Shown: piece after piece, positions 39,513 to 50,476 of the stretch
Position numbering within the stretch: the first letter of the stretch is position 1
How the letters are laid out: each line of letters opens with the position of its first letter
NCBI GenBank assembly: GCA_052327205.1
Contig: CM126214.1
Span: forward strand, 26,040,001-26,104,000
Origin: Somniosus microcephalus
Lineage: Eukaryota
Reading direction: 5' to 3'
DNA length: 64,000 nt
Notes under the pieces: model-generated
What the model was told of the DNA's origin: nothing
What the model saw: the letters and a program-made list of their open reading frames with translations, nothing else
Databases searched by the model: none
Translations under genes and position numbers: made by a program

Positions 39513-41564
39513 ATTCTGCAGTTAGCTGCCTATCGGTTTGAGCAATTGACTGGAACTAAATTTTGCAGTGATAATTTAGTTTTAACACCCATATTCTGAG
39601 ACACATTGATCTCTATTGGATGTTATCACTGATGTGTGACTGGAAGTTGCCAGTGCTGTTCCACAGGCGTCTGGCTTGCAAAAGAAAAAGTGAAGTATCT
39701 GCTGAGGTATCCCTTTGCACCCCACTCAAGACTTTGAAGAATTCTCTCAATACAGTGCTTGTTTTTAGCCAGAGAGAGTATTTTGTGGCATATGTCTTTA
39801 AGATTGCAGCCAGTGTCATCTCCAGCTGTGACATCAGTCGCAGCACAAATTCCAATGACCGCTATGGCTGCTTTGGCTTGGTGGCAGCATCTACCTTGTC
39901 TGAGGTCCACTGGACTTCAACTGCACTAACAGGTGCTGGTGTAGAGGAAAGAATATGCTGTCCTGCAGATTGCACAGTAACAGAAAATTACAGCAGCATT
40001 CCTAGGGTCCTGAGTGTTCAATTCCATTTGAGTATAGTGACCATTTGGGAATGCAGGATCTTGTGCTACTAAGAATACAATTATGAATCTGACATTTGTA
40101 TCTACAGGCCATATATGCACACTGTTTAAGTTCCCTCCTCCTCTGTTGAAAGAAAGTTGGAAGAACCTGAGTTAGAATGCACCAGTGGCCTCTAGGCCCA
40201 GTAGGTGGACTGGGTTCCCATGGTGACTGAATGTTTTTAGTCTGTTGACCCAATCGTGTCTCAAGTGCGAGCTAATAGAAAAATTCCTCATCAAAGATAC
40301 AGTTCATCTTTTCTTGAAACCGTGAAGTCCAAAGTCTGGAGTAAGAAATTGTATCCATGGGATACTGCAATATGGATGACATTTTATTAGGCTTACTAGA
40401 TGAAGTTTGTGCCTAAACTGCCCAAATTGGTAGTGCAACTATTTATACAGTTCATTGTATGGGGAAACAGTTAACATTTAGATAGCTGATGCAACAGTTA
40501 CCAATGAGAGTACTTGATATACATGAGTTAGGAGAGTGGCTTAAACCACGTGTGAGCGGCGTGCGTGCGTGTCAGATTTTCCTCTTCACCTTCAAAAGAG
40601 TTTCTTGGAAATGTTATTTTCAGTAATCAAATAGAAGCTTCACTAACAAAGATGGGAGTCTTTCTATAACGAGTCCAACCCAACAGATATATTTGATCTG
40701 TGGAACGGCTGGCGAAGGGAACAGGCTTTGTTTAGGAAATTGGATAATTTATTTGGGAGGTAAATCTCCGCTCGGAGCTGAATCTGGTGCTGAGCAAACT
40801 GATATTCATCATTTGAACCAATGAATTTTTGTGAAAGTATCTTTTGCTGAAAGCTGTTAGTTTGGTTTCTCTCTTAGGCATGGATCCTATTGGACCATTA
40901 GATCTTTGGATGGAATCTAAGAACTGCACACTCCGTGTGTACTTTTGTCAAGTTATGATTTCCCTGTTGCGGGGAATGAGTTTTTCTATCAACTGTGGAT
41001 TCTTTCAGGCCATTATTGCTTCATGCACTTCATCTTTCAACATGGTTAGAACTAAAAGTTTACAGCATTTTTTCTTGTGGCAACAAAAAATTAGGTAGGA
41101 GATTGAGAGTGAACAGCAGAATGAATTATTTCTGTTCTCGGGCGAAGAAAGTTCCAGCCCATTCTATTGGTGTAGTTGCCATATCTTGGACTAATTGCAG
41201 GGGATTCTTCTGAAAGTTATCTAAGGCAGCTACAAAGAAGGTTTGCATCCTTACCTGAAGTACTTTGATGTTGAACTGACAGGAAGATTAATAGTTCAAT
41301 ACAGCACTTCAAGCTTGCCTGCAAATTTTGATGTTCAGAGTTCAACTGCTAGTTTCTGTTCAGCTTCAGTATAATCCTATTTGTGTCGAGTTTGAATGAA
41401 CAAGTAAGTTTTTTTGCGGTATCTTACTTTATCTTTGAAAGTAGTTTCAACTTCTCTATAGCTTCCAGCCAGCATACCTTTTGATTCTTTTTTTGACTTG
41501 GAGTTGTATACATGTTACACTGCCTTTTATTTATTCTTGAGGCTTTGCTATCTTTTTGATTTAT

Positions 41565-41935
41565 AATCATGGAATTTTACAGCACACAAGGAGGCCATTT
41601 GGCCCACTGTGCATGTGCTGGCCTCTCAAAGCTATCCTCTTAGTTCCGCTCTTCCTGCCCTTTTCCCATACCCTTTCAGCATTTTTTCCTGCAAAATATT
41701 TATCGCTTGCCTTTTAAAAGCTGATGTATTTTGCTTCTACCATTGTTTCTGATGGGGAATTGAATGTCTTAACAACCCTCTAAGTTTAAAAAAAAATCAT
41801 ATTTTTATTCTTTTTGATGCTGATCTTATATTTGTGTTCGAGTTAGATCTTACTGCGCAGCAGAAATAGTTTTTCTCTTTACTTTATCAAAACCCATCAT
41901 AATTTTGAATACCGCTATCAAATCTCTTCCCTTTC
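41565..41935 (-). mobile_element. Old CR1 3' end
   Basis: aatcatggaattttacagcacacaaggaggccatttggccc is the reverse of a CR1 tail; remnant DLIAVFKIMMGFDKV. Confidence 0.7.
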
Positions 41936-42019
41936 TCAATTCCCAGTGAGCTGGAAGCAGGCATATGCTATAAGAGGAACTGTAGAAACATAGATCGAAC
42001 ATTGCCTGTCGGTACATGG

Positions 42020-42815
42020 ATATTGCTTGGACTAAGAAAGGTTGGAAGCTTTGTACCCCAGGGGTCAGTGCTTGGGACCATTTCTGTTCTCCTTGTGTCT
42101 ATATTGATGACTTGGACTTGGCAACACCATCTTTAAACTTGTTGAAGACACAAAAGTAGGAGGTTTGTCAAACAGTGAGCAGACTTCAGGAAAAGACACA
42201 GGTTAATGGAATGGTCAAACAGGTGGCAGATGTAATTCAATGTGGGTAAGTATGAGGTAATATGGTTTGGAAGGTAAAATAAGGAATGGGAGTATGCCTT
42301 TAATGGTCATTTGTAGGGGGTAGATGGACAAAGAAACAAGGTTCAAATACATAATTTCCTGAAAATGCGTATGCAGGGAGGTAAAACCGTAAAGTGCAAT
42401 AGAATGAAGCCAAGAATGGGAAACTATAGCGATGAGGAGCGACTTGAGAAGCTGGAATTATTTGCTCTGGAACAAAAGGTTGAGGCATTTTAATGAAGGT
42501 TTTTAAAATTTTGATAACTTTTGATAGTGAATAAGTCAGTGCCGAGGGGCCTCCATATAAAATCCTCATTAAGTAAGGAGAAAGGTTAAAAGAAATATCT
42601 TAATGTGGAGGGTTATTGGAGCATGGAATACTTTGCTGTGGAGTGATTGAGGTAGAGACCAATGCATCTTTTAAGGGAATGTTGGAGGAATATATAACAT
42701 CGTGAAAGATGCAAGCCTATGGCAGTGGGATTAGGTTTTGATTGCTCTAGTAAATGGCTGGTGTAGACACAATTGGTAGAATAGCCTCTTTGTGCTGTAA
42801 CTTTCTTTGATTGTG
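42020..42815 (+). mobile_element. Old CR1 RT/3' fragment
   Basis: gtaccccaggggtcagtgcttgggacca (VPQGSVLGP), IDDL, WQM*FN; ends with a CR1 tail. Confidence 0.7.
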
Positions 42816-43277
42816 TGAAATGTGTGTAGATGCTGGAGTTTTTTTCAAATAATGAGGGATACCTTCAGACTATCCAACATTGAGTTGTCTCTTAATGTAA
42901 AGGTTTTTTTTAGCCTATTTAAGAGAAAATAGCCCTACCTACCTATTTAGTACTCTGGTTATCTGCTTTAAACTACCTAGGGCTAGGTGAATAAACTCAA
43001 AGGAGTAGTTTGCAGCATTTTCTGCGTAGAAAAATAGTGTTGTATCTATTTCATGCCCAAGCATAGACCTTATCCTATAGTTGAAAGTGTTGTAGTCTCA
43101 GCTCATTTTTAAACTACTGTAATTTTGGCAGAGAGAACGGCTATTAATGTGTCTTTTATTTTAAAAAAAAGTGAAATTTTTAAATACCATCCCAATTTAG
43201 TAAAGTGGCCTTATTGCACATTAGTAACTGATGATGGGGAGGGTTGCCAGTAATATGACAAATAGGGTTTATATTTA

Positions 43278-44675
43278 CACCCTTTTGTTCAAAAAAGGGT
43301 ATAAAGATAAACCCAGCAACTACAGGCCAGTCAGTTTGACCTTGGTAGTGGGGAAGCTTTTAGAAACAGTAACCAGGGACAAAATTAAGTCACTTGGATA
43401 GGTGTGGATTCATTAATGAAAGCCAGCATAGATTTGTTAAAGGCAAATCATGTTTAACTAACTTGATTGAGTTCTTTGAGGTAACAGAAAGGGTTGATGA
43501 GGGTAATGCGGTTGACAGAGTGTACATGGATTTCCAAAAGGCGTTTGACAAAGTGCCACATAATAGGCTTGCCAGCAAAGTTGAAGCCTGTGGAATAAAA
43601 GGGACAGTGGCAGCATGGATACGGGATTGGCTAAGTGATGGGAAACAAAGTAGTGGTGAACGGTTGTTTTTCGGATTGGAGGAAGGTATACAGTGGCGTT
43701 CCCCAGGGGTCGGTTCTAGGACCACTGCTTTTCTTGATGTACACTAATGACTTGGTTGTGGGTGTACAGGGCACAATTTCAAAATTTGCAGATGACACAA
43801 AACTTGGAAGTATAGTGAACAGTGAGTAGGAGAGTGATAGACTTCAAGAAGACAGACAGGCTGGTGAAATGGGCAGACATGTGGCAGATGAAATTTAACG
43901 CAGCAAAGTATGAAGTGATACATTTTGTTAGAATGAGGAGAGGACATATAAACTAAATGGTACAATCCTGAAGTGGGTGCACGAACAGAGACCTGGGGGT
44001 TTGTGTGCACAAATTGTTGAAGGTGGCTGAGCAGAGTGCGAAAGCAGTTAGAAAGGCTTACGGGATTCTGGGCTTCATAAATAGAGGTATAGAGTACAAA
44101 AGTGTGGAAATTATGATCCTGTATAAAACACTGGTTCGGCCCCAACTGGAGCACTGTGTCCAATTCTGGGCACCACACTTTAGGAAGGATGTGAAGGCCT
44201 TTAAGAGGGTGCAGAAAAGATTTAAGAGAATGATTCTAGGAATGAGGGACTTCAGTTACGTTGATAGACTGGAGAAGCTGGGATGTTCTCCTTGGAGCAG
44301 AGATTATTGAGAGGAGATTTAATAGAGGTGCTCAAAATCATGAGGGGTAAGACAGAGTGGATAGAGAGAAACTGTTCGCGAACCAGAGGACACAGATTTG
44401 AGGTGATTGGCAAAAGAACCAAAGGCGACGCAAGAAAAAACTTTTTTACGCAACGAGTGGTTAAGATCTGGAATGCACTGCCTGAAAGGGTGGTGGAGGC
44501 AAATTCAATCACTGCTTTCAAAAGGGAGTTAGATAAGTGACTGAAGGAAAGAAATTTGCAGGGCTGTGGGGAAAGGGCAGGGGAGTGGGATTAGCTGAAG
44601 TGCTCTTGCAGTGAGTCGGCACGGGCTCAACGGGCCGAATGGCCTCCTTCCATGCTGTAACCATTCTATGATTTC
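43278..44675 (+). mobile_element. CR1 LINE RT and 3' end (5'-truncated, frameshifted)
   Basis: [92 protein letters not shown] and tail ccattctatgatt. Confidence 0.93.
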
Positions 44676-44961
44676 TAGGGTATTGTCAAATGTCCCTATT
44701 TTCAAGGCAAGTTTTCTGCAGTTATTGGTGAACTATTTCTGAATCAAACAACCTGCTCTTAGGTTGCAGTGCAGCTTCTTGCTATGAGTTTCACCTCAGC
44801 TGCTGAGGCTGGCTTGACTAATCCTCCTTCAATCTGAGATGAATGGTCTATATCGAGAATTACTGGCCCAAACCCATCCCATTCTTTTGAGGTGCAAGCA
44901 CACGGTCAATAGAGCACTCATTAATTTCTGTATTTGTAAAGATGCACTTTTTTGTTTTAAG

Positions 44962-45047
44962 GATTGAAAGAAAAATGACTCAAAATCAGTGCACTGTATC
45001 AATCGAAAGTAAAGAAATTCCAACCGTTTGTGGAGAAGGTGACCAAA
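44962..45047 (+). CDS. DOT1L: DOT1L coding exon (exon 26 equivalent)
   Basis: ttttaag|G ATT GAA AGA AAA...CAA A|gtaagt; (R)IERKMTQNQCTVSIESKEIPTVCGEGDQ, resembling human RIERKIATISLESK; 86 nt, phase 2-1, exactly the shift needed between the flanking exons. Confidence 0.88.
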
Positions 45048-46562
45048 GTAAGTAATTTGAGGTTGTGCAATCAAAATGAAATGAGCCTGAACTATTTCCT
45101 CAAGTAAATGTTTCAAAAATGTGTTTTAGCAATTCCCCATGTCCCACAGCCTGACTGGACTGTGATGTATACAGAGCACAACTTATTTTTGAATTATAAG
45201 ACCGAGCCAGGTTTGTTTCTCCTTCCACCCCTCTTATTTCAGAAGCATGTTACAAAATCAAAATTTGAATCCGAACAACACACGCAATGACAGTATTTTT
45301 TATGAAGAGGTGAGCAGGTTCTGTGAAAACAGGAAGGCTATATTAGTGGGGGATTTCAACCAAACTTAGACAAATTGCGAATGCTCAAGTGGTTTAAAGT
45401 CAGAAATTATAACGATTGCTTCATGATGCATTTTGTCAGGGAAGCCATGAAATGCAGTTCTCAACTTGACTTGGTAATTGTAAGTGATTTGAATATATAC
45501 AGAAAATTAAAGTCATGGCACCCCAGGTTGATTGCAACCATAACCTTGCTTCGGTTCACTGTGGATTTGGGACTGAACACTGCTGAAGGCCAGCCGTGGG
45601 TGGGTGTGTGTGTTACATTAGCTGGAGGAAATTGTTAATGCATACACATCTAAGATTAGCAAGCACAGGCTCAATAAACATGACCTTAAATTGATTAACA
45701 GGACAATCAGATGTCAAATGAAGGGGGAGCGACTGGGGGAGCTTCATAAACATTGCAAAAAGAAAGATGAGCGACTCCACTGGAAAGAATACAGGAAATT
45801 TCAGATGGATACCAAGAAGGTCATCAAAGGGGTGGAGAGGAACCTGGAAATGGTTAAGTGCAGAATCCAAATGAAACAGCAAAAAAAAATTGCACTGCTT
45901 AAATAGCAGGAGTACAGTGCGGAAAGAAATGAGAAATTTAATGGATGCCAGTGGAGGTGAAACGGAGAATGATCTGAGAATATTTAATATACTTGACTAT
46001 TCCTTCCTTTAGTTCATCACTAGAGAAGACTATAGTAACATGTCCTTTATTAAGGGTGATAATCCAAACAGATTTACAGACTTTGGCATCAGAGGTTCTA
46101 GACATCCATAGAGGGCTCAAAATGAACAAATCCCCAGGGATCCATGAATCTATCTCAGATACTAAGAGAGACTAGTGATGAAATTTGCCAACACTTCACA
46201 ATCATCATGAAGGAGTCACTGGAAACAAGGTAATGTATATTTAAAAAAAAAAGGAGATAACCTAATCTGGGCAAGGGCAAATCTATCTTCACAATCTAGT
46301 ATATAGCAGCCAATATATTGTGAGAAAGGGAAGGTACTGTCTGACCATCTTCTTGACTTTTTTTATTTGAAGAACTGACATCCTGAGTGAACAGTGGAAA
46401 ACCAGAGAATGTTGGGTACTTAGATTTTCAAACAGCCTTTGATAATGTTTCTCAAAGGTTCCTACTGAGACTATAAGCAGAGGAAATTCCAAATCAAATT
46501 TGGGTGTGCATGAGAAATTGGCTAAAAGAAAGGAAATGGTGGTTACTTGGTGCGCGGTGGGT

Positions 46563-47468
46563 GGAAATGCTGGCAACACTCAGGTCAGGCAGCATCCGTG
46601 GAGTGGGAAACAGAGTTAACGTTTCAGGTCTGTGACCCTTTGTCAGAACTGGAAACCTGTTGGAGATGTAACCGGCTTTAAGCAGGTGCAGAGGCAGATA
46701 AAGGGGGGAGGGGAGGAAAGATCAAAAGGGACGGTCTGTGATCGGGCAGAAGGCAGGAGTGATTCAATGTTGCAAATAGGGATGGCAGAATCATCAACAA
46801 CTGCTGCCTGAAAAAATAGGGGCAAGGATTATAGTCTGAAATTGTTGAACCCGATGTTGAGTCTAGAAGGCTGTAAAATGCCTAATCGAAGGATGAGGTG
46901 CTGTTCCTCGAGCTTACGTTGAGCTTCATTGGAGCAGTGCAAGAGGCCGAGGTGGGAGTGGAGCGGCGAATTAAAGTGACAAGCGACCGGAAGCTCGGGG
47001 TCACCCTTATGGACTGACCGGAGATGTTCCACAAAGCGATCACCCAATCTGCGTTTGGTCTCCCTAATGTAGAGGAGATCGCATCTTGAGCAGCGAATAC
47101 AGTAGACTAAATTGCAATAAATACAAGTAAAGAAGTACAAATAAATCGCGCTCTAACCCCTGCCCCTATTTTTTTTTTCAGGCGGCAGCAGTTGATGATT
47201 CTGCCATCCCCATTTGCAACATTGAATCACTCCTGCCTTCCACCCTATCACAGACCGTCCCTTTCGTTCTTTCCTCTCCTCCCCCTTTCCCTACCTCTGC
47301 GCCTGCTTAAAACCTGTTACATCTCTAACGGTTTCCAGTTCTGATGAAGGGTCACAGACCTGAAACGTTAATTCTGTTTCTCTCCTCGATGCTGCCTGAC
47401 CTGCTGAATGTTTCCAGCATTTTCGTTTGTTATTTCAGATTTCCAGCACTGCAGTATTTTGCTATTGT
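46563..47468 (-). mobile_element. 5'-truncated Penelope-like element: GIY-YIG endonuclease C-terminus with pLTR and inverted pLTR
   Basis: ORF 46829-47140(-) NLVYCIRCSRCDLLYIRETKRRLGDRFVEH...PVACHFN...EEQHLILRLG...LNI is a PLE GIY-YIG with CCHH motif; about 265-bp inverted arms at 46563-46827 and 47159-47423. Confidence 0.92.
47337..47373 (+). ncRNA. Minimal type I hammerhead ribozyme motif in the Penelope pLTR (intact core)
   Basis: AGTT-CTGATGA-A-GGGTC/ACA/GACCT-GAA-ACGT-T-AATT: stem I, CUGANGA core, stem II, GAAA, palindromic ACGU stem III and GUU cleavage triplet. Confidence 0.72.
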
Positions 47469-48563
47469 GAAGGAGTGTTGAGTTGGAGGAAGTAGACCAG
47501 GACTGACCAAAGGAGTTTAATAAAACCTAGTAACTGGGTGGAACAGTGTCAGATGAAATTGAACACAGACAAGTGAAAGCTACTACACATTGGAAGTAAA
47601 ATGAGGGTCAGATGTGCACCAGAGAGGTTTTTTTAAAGCTAAAGATTAAGCTGAAAGGGATCGGGGTGATTGTAGATTTGAGACTTAAGAACATTGCTGT
47701 GGAACAGCAATATATAATGGGGTAAGGTACAAGTTGGACAATGTACAGTGACTGTATCTTGAGTGTTAAACTTCTTTAAAAGCAGGAGAACCATTCAAGC
47801 ATAGAGGCTGGATAGAGCAGAGCCATGAAGCTGATCCCTAGGATCAGAGGATTAAGTTGCAAGGAAAGACTGGAGAAACTGGAGCACTTAGCCTTGATAG
47901 AAGCTGACTAAGAGAGGATTTTATATAAATTTATACAATATTAAACCTTAACAGTCAAGTAAATCTGGAGCAGTACTTTAAGATAAACTGAGACACTAGA
48001 CCAATACTAAACTAGAATAGGCCAAAACTGGTGACAGGGCAATTTAAGATGTTTGTCGTGAAGAGCTTCAAACAAAGGGTGATCAACACTTGGAATGGTC
48101 TTCCTGATATAGTGATGGAAGTGAAACCATGATGGGGTGAGGGAGAGAGAGAGAGGTTTTTTTTTTCTCCTGAAAGGATGAGCTCAAAGAGGCCAAGTGG
48201 CCTCACTGTACCCATACTTATCTTGTCATCCACTGTTTTTATTTGTTTATCCTTATTGCTTTCTGGCTTTGCAAATCCTACTCTGTCAATATTACATGCA
48301 TCCCTCTTGCACTTTTAACTCTTAATTTACTTTTTGAAAGCTTGATTTAGCCTCATCTGTTTAATAATGTTATAAATATGACGTGCATTGGGTTATGATC
48401 TATTTCTATTATACTATAGTACCAAAGCACCCCCAAATTCTTCTGTGGATCCCTTCATATGAATTGCTGATTGAAACCTATTTTGAAAATGATAAATATG
48501 TGAATTATTTCTCTCAAGTTGTTTCTTGTACTGACCATATTTATGTTTTTTAAATCTTTGTAG

Positions 48564-49559
48564 GTGGAAGTTTACCAATGCGGAAGCAAGGACTCAGTTC
48601 CAGTAGTACGGATAACAGCAGTAAATGGAAATCCACTTTCTCTCCAATATCTGATATCAGTTTGACAAAGAACTCTGACCACTCATCCCAGTCAGCTTCT
48701 GGTTTATGCCAAGCCTCTCCTTTTGGTACCAGGCCTATTACAGGTGACCTTTCAGTCAATGATGCTAAAATGGGGTCCCATCAGAGGAAACACATCACTA
48801 CCCCAGTCTCAGTGGAGGAAAATGGTCATCATCCAGCCTCACCCATCACTTTCAATTACAATTCTGGACGATCTGCAGATATCAGTTTACATAATTATAA
48901 TGAAGGTGCTTGTTTAGCTCGTAAGACTTCAGAGATGGTGGGGCTGAATTCCAGTGCACTGTACCAACTGTCCAGGAACAAAACTGACTCCAGTATTGAC
49001 TCAAATCTCTCTTCAAACAAGAAGCAGCCAGATGGGTTGACTGGTGCAAAGGGAGATGAGCTGAGCAAGTCAGGGGTCAAAGGTAAAGACAATGCCGAGG
49101 TAGTAAGTTGCTTGGGAGGCCATATGGAGAAAAATGCAATGTTACATATTATAAAGATGAACAAATCACGTGAGAGAGAGTGGAAAAATCTCTCTATTCC
49201 AGTGATCACAGTCCCGTTGGGAGGAATACTGGGTGGTAAAAACATGCCAGCTGCTGTTTCAGACAGCAGCCACCCCACCGCTAACCATACGCTATGTTCA
49301 ATTCAGTCACAATCGCACCATTCTGTTGCAGGTTCTATTCCTGGCCAGCTTACCACAGGATCACAGTACCCTATGGGATCCACATCATTGCAGGGCAACT
49401 CAAACTCCATGATGGGGCCAACTGTATTGCAGTCTTTCTTTGGATCGACACCAGTTACTGCAAACATGGTTCCTGTTGCAGCTGCTGGAGCTGGGTTGAC
49501 TAATTCTTGCACTGCTGCTAGTTTCTCCATTACTGGTATTGCTGATGGGACTGCAGGAA
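48564..49559 (+). CDS. DOT1L: DOT1L coding exon (exon 27 equivalent), large low-complexity C-terminal exon
   Basis: tttgtag|GT GGA AGT TTA...GCA GGA A|gtgggt; contains NSSKWKSTFSPISDISL, ADISLHNYNEGA and GLTNS...GIADGTAG; 996 nt, phase 1-1. The donor was chosen on phase and homology. Confidence 0.92.
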
Positions 49560-49826
49560 GTGGGTACTTCAGAGTGTAACGTAATTAAAAGGGTTGGATT
49601 AGCATCTGGAAAATATATTGGGCTTTACATTAGGATTTTGAGGGGGAACGTTGAAAGATTAGTATTGTCAGAATATTAACATTTTTGATAAATTTAATCT
49701 ATTTAACTGTAGATAGTATTTGGGTTGGAAGGAAGGTACTTTCAGTTCAAAGCTTTGTTCCCCTACTCCATAAATATTCCCTTCATTCTGACTTGACCGT
49801 CTGCCACGATGCCAATCTCAAAGAGC

Positions 49827-50025
49827 CATGGTGTGGAGATGCCAGTGTTGGACTGGGGTGGACAAATGTCAGAAGTCACACAACACCAGGTTATAGTCCA
49901 ACAGCTTTATTTGAAATCACAAGCTTTCGGAGCGCTGCTCCTTCGTCGGGTGAAGCGCTCCGAAAGCTTGTGATTTCAAATAAAGCTGTTGGACTATAAC
50001 CTGGTGTTGTGTGACTTCTTAAATT
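49827..50025. mobile_element. Penelope-derived fold-back insertion (family B) with TSD
   Basis: Perfect 66-bp inverted arms at 49871-49936 and 49954-50019; 13-bp direct repeat AATCTCAAAGAGC at 49814-49826 and 50026-50038; hammerhead-like motif on the minus strand. Confidence 0.8.
49917..49953 (-). ncRNA. Minimal hammerhead ribozyme motif (U4C core variant)
   Basis: Minus strand TCAC-CCGACGA-A-GGAGC/AGC/GCTCC-GAA-AGCT-T-GTGA: perfect stems I and II, palindromic AGCU stem III, one core mismatch. Confidence 0.6.
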
Positions 50026-50302
50026 AATCTCAAAGAGCACCAACTACTATCCTGGTAAGCTGAGTGCTTGAATGCACAGTTGTGATCAATGAGACATTTC
50101 CCTTTATTAGCCAACTTTCTATAACCTAGTGCACAACTAGGGGCAGTTTTGTAGAGTAGCCCCATGCACACTAGGGTTGAAACTGTTCAATTAATTTTCT
50201 GTAGGACGCTAGCAGGCAGAGGAAATTTCCAACCCATTGGTATAGGCTGTATTTGGATCTTTATCCCAGATCAGAAAAGGCCAATGTAACCAATATCAGT
50301 AC

Positions 50303-50476
50303 GATAGCAAAATACTGCAGATGCTGGAAATCCGAAATAACAACAGAAAATGCTGGAAAAACTCGGCAGGCCAGGCAACATCCGTGGAGAGAAAATAGAG
50401 TCAACGTTTTGGGTGAAAACCCCTTTCCATGGATGTTGCCTGGCCTGCTGAGTTTTTCCAGCATTTTCTGTTGTTA
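50303..50476. mobile_element. Penelope-derived fold-back insertion (family A) with TSD
   Basis: About 50-bp inverted arms at 50337-50388 and 50426-50477; 16-bp TSD TAACCAAYATCAGTAC at 50287-50302 and 50477-50492; homologous to the pLTR at 47370-47468. Confidence 0.82.

Larger units (their letters stand above)
45310..48232 (+). mobile_element. Very old CR1 ORF2 (split by the Penelope insertion at 46563-47468)
   Basis: Remnants AILVGDFN (about 45340), LKMNKSPG (46115) and YLDFQTAFD (46417); resumes after 47470 with W..QCQMKLNTDK and later RVINTWNGLP plus a tail. Confidence 0.65.

Noticed and set aside
49560-49579. ORF track extends exon 27 to ...GSGYFRV*
   Set aside because: This is read-through into the intron past the GGAA|gtgggt donor. 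It is possible as intron retention, but nothing in the sequence supports a third isoform.
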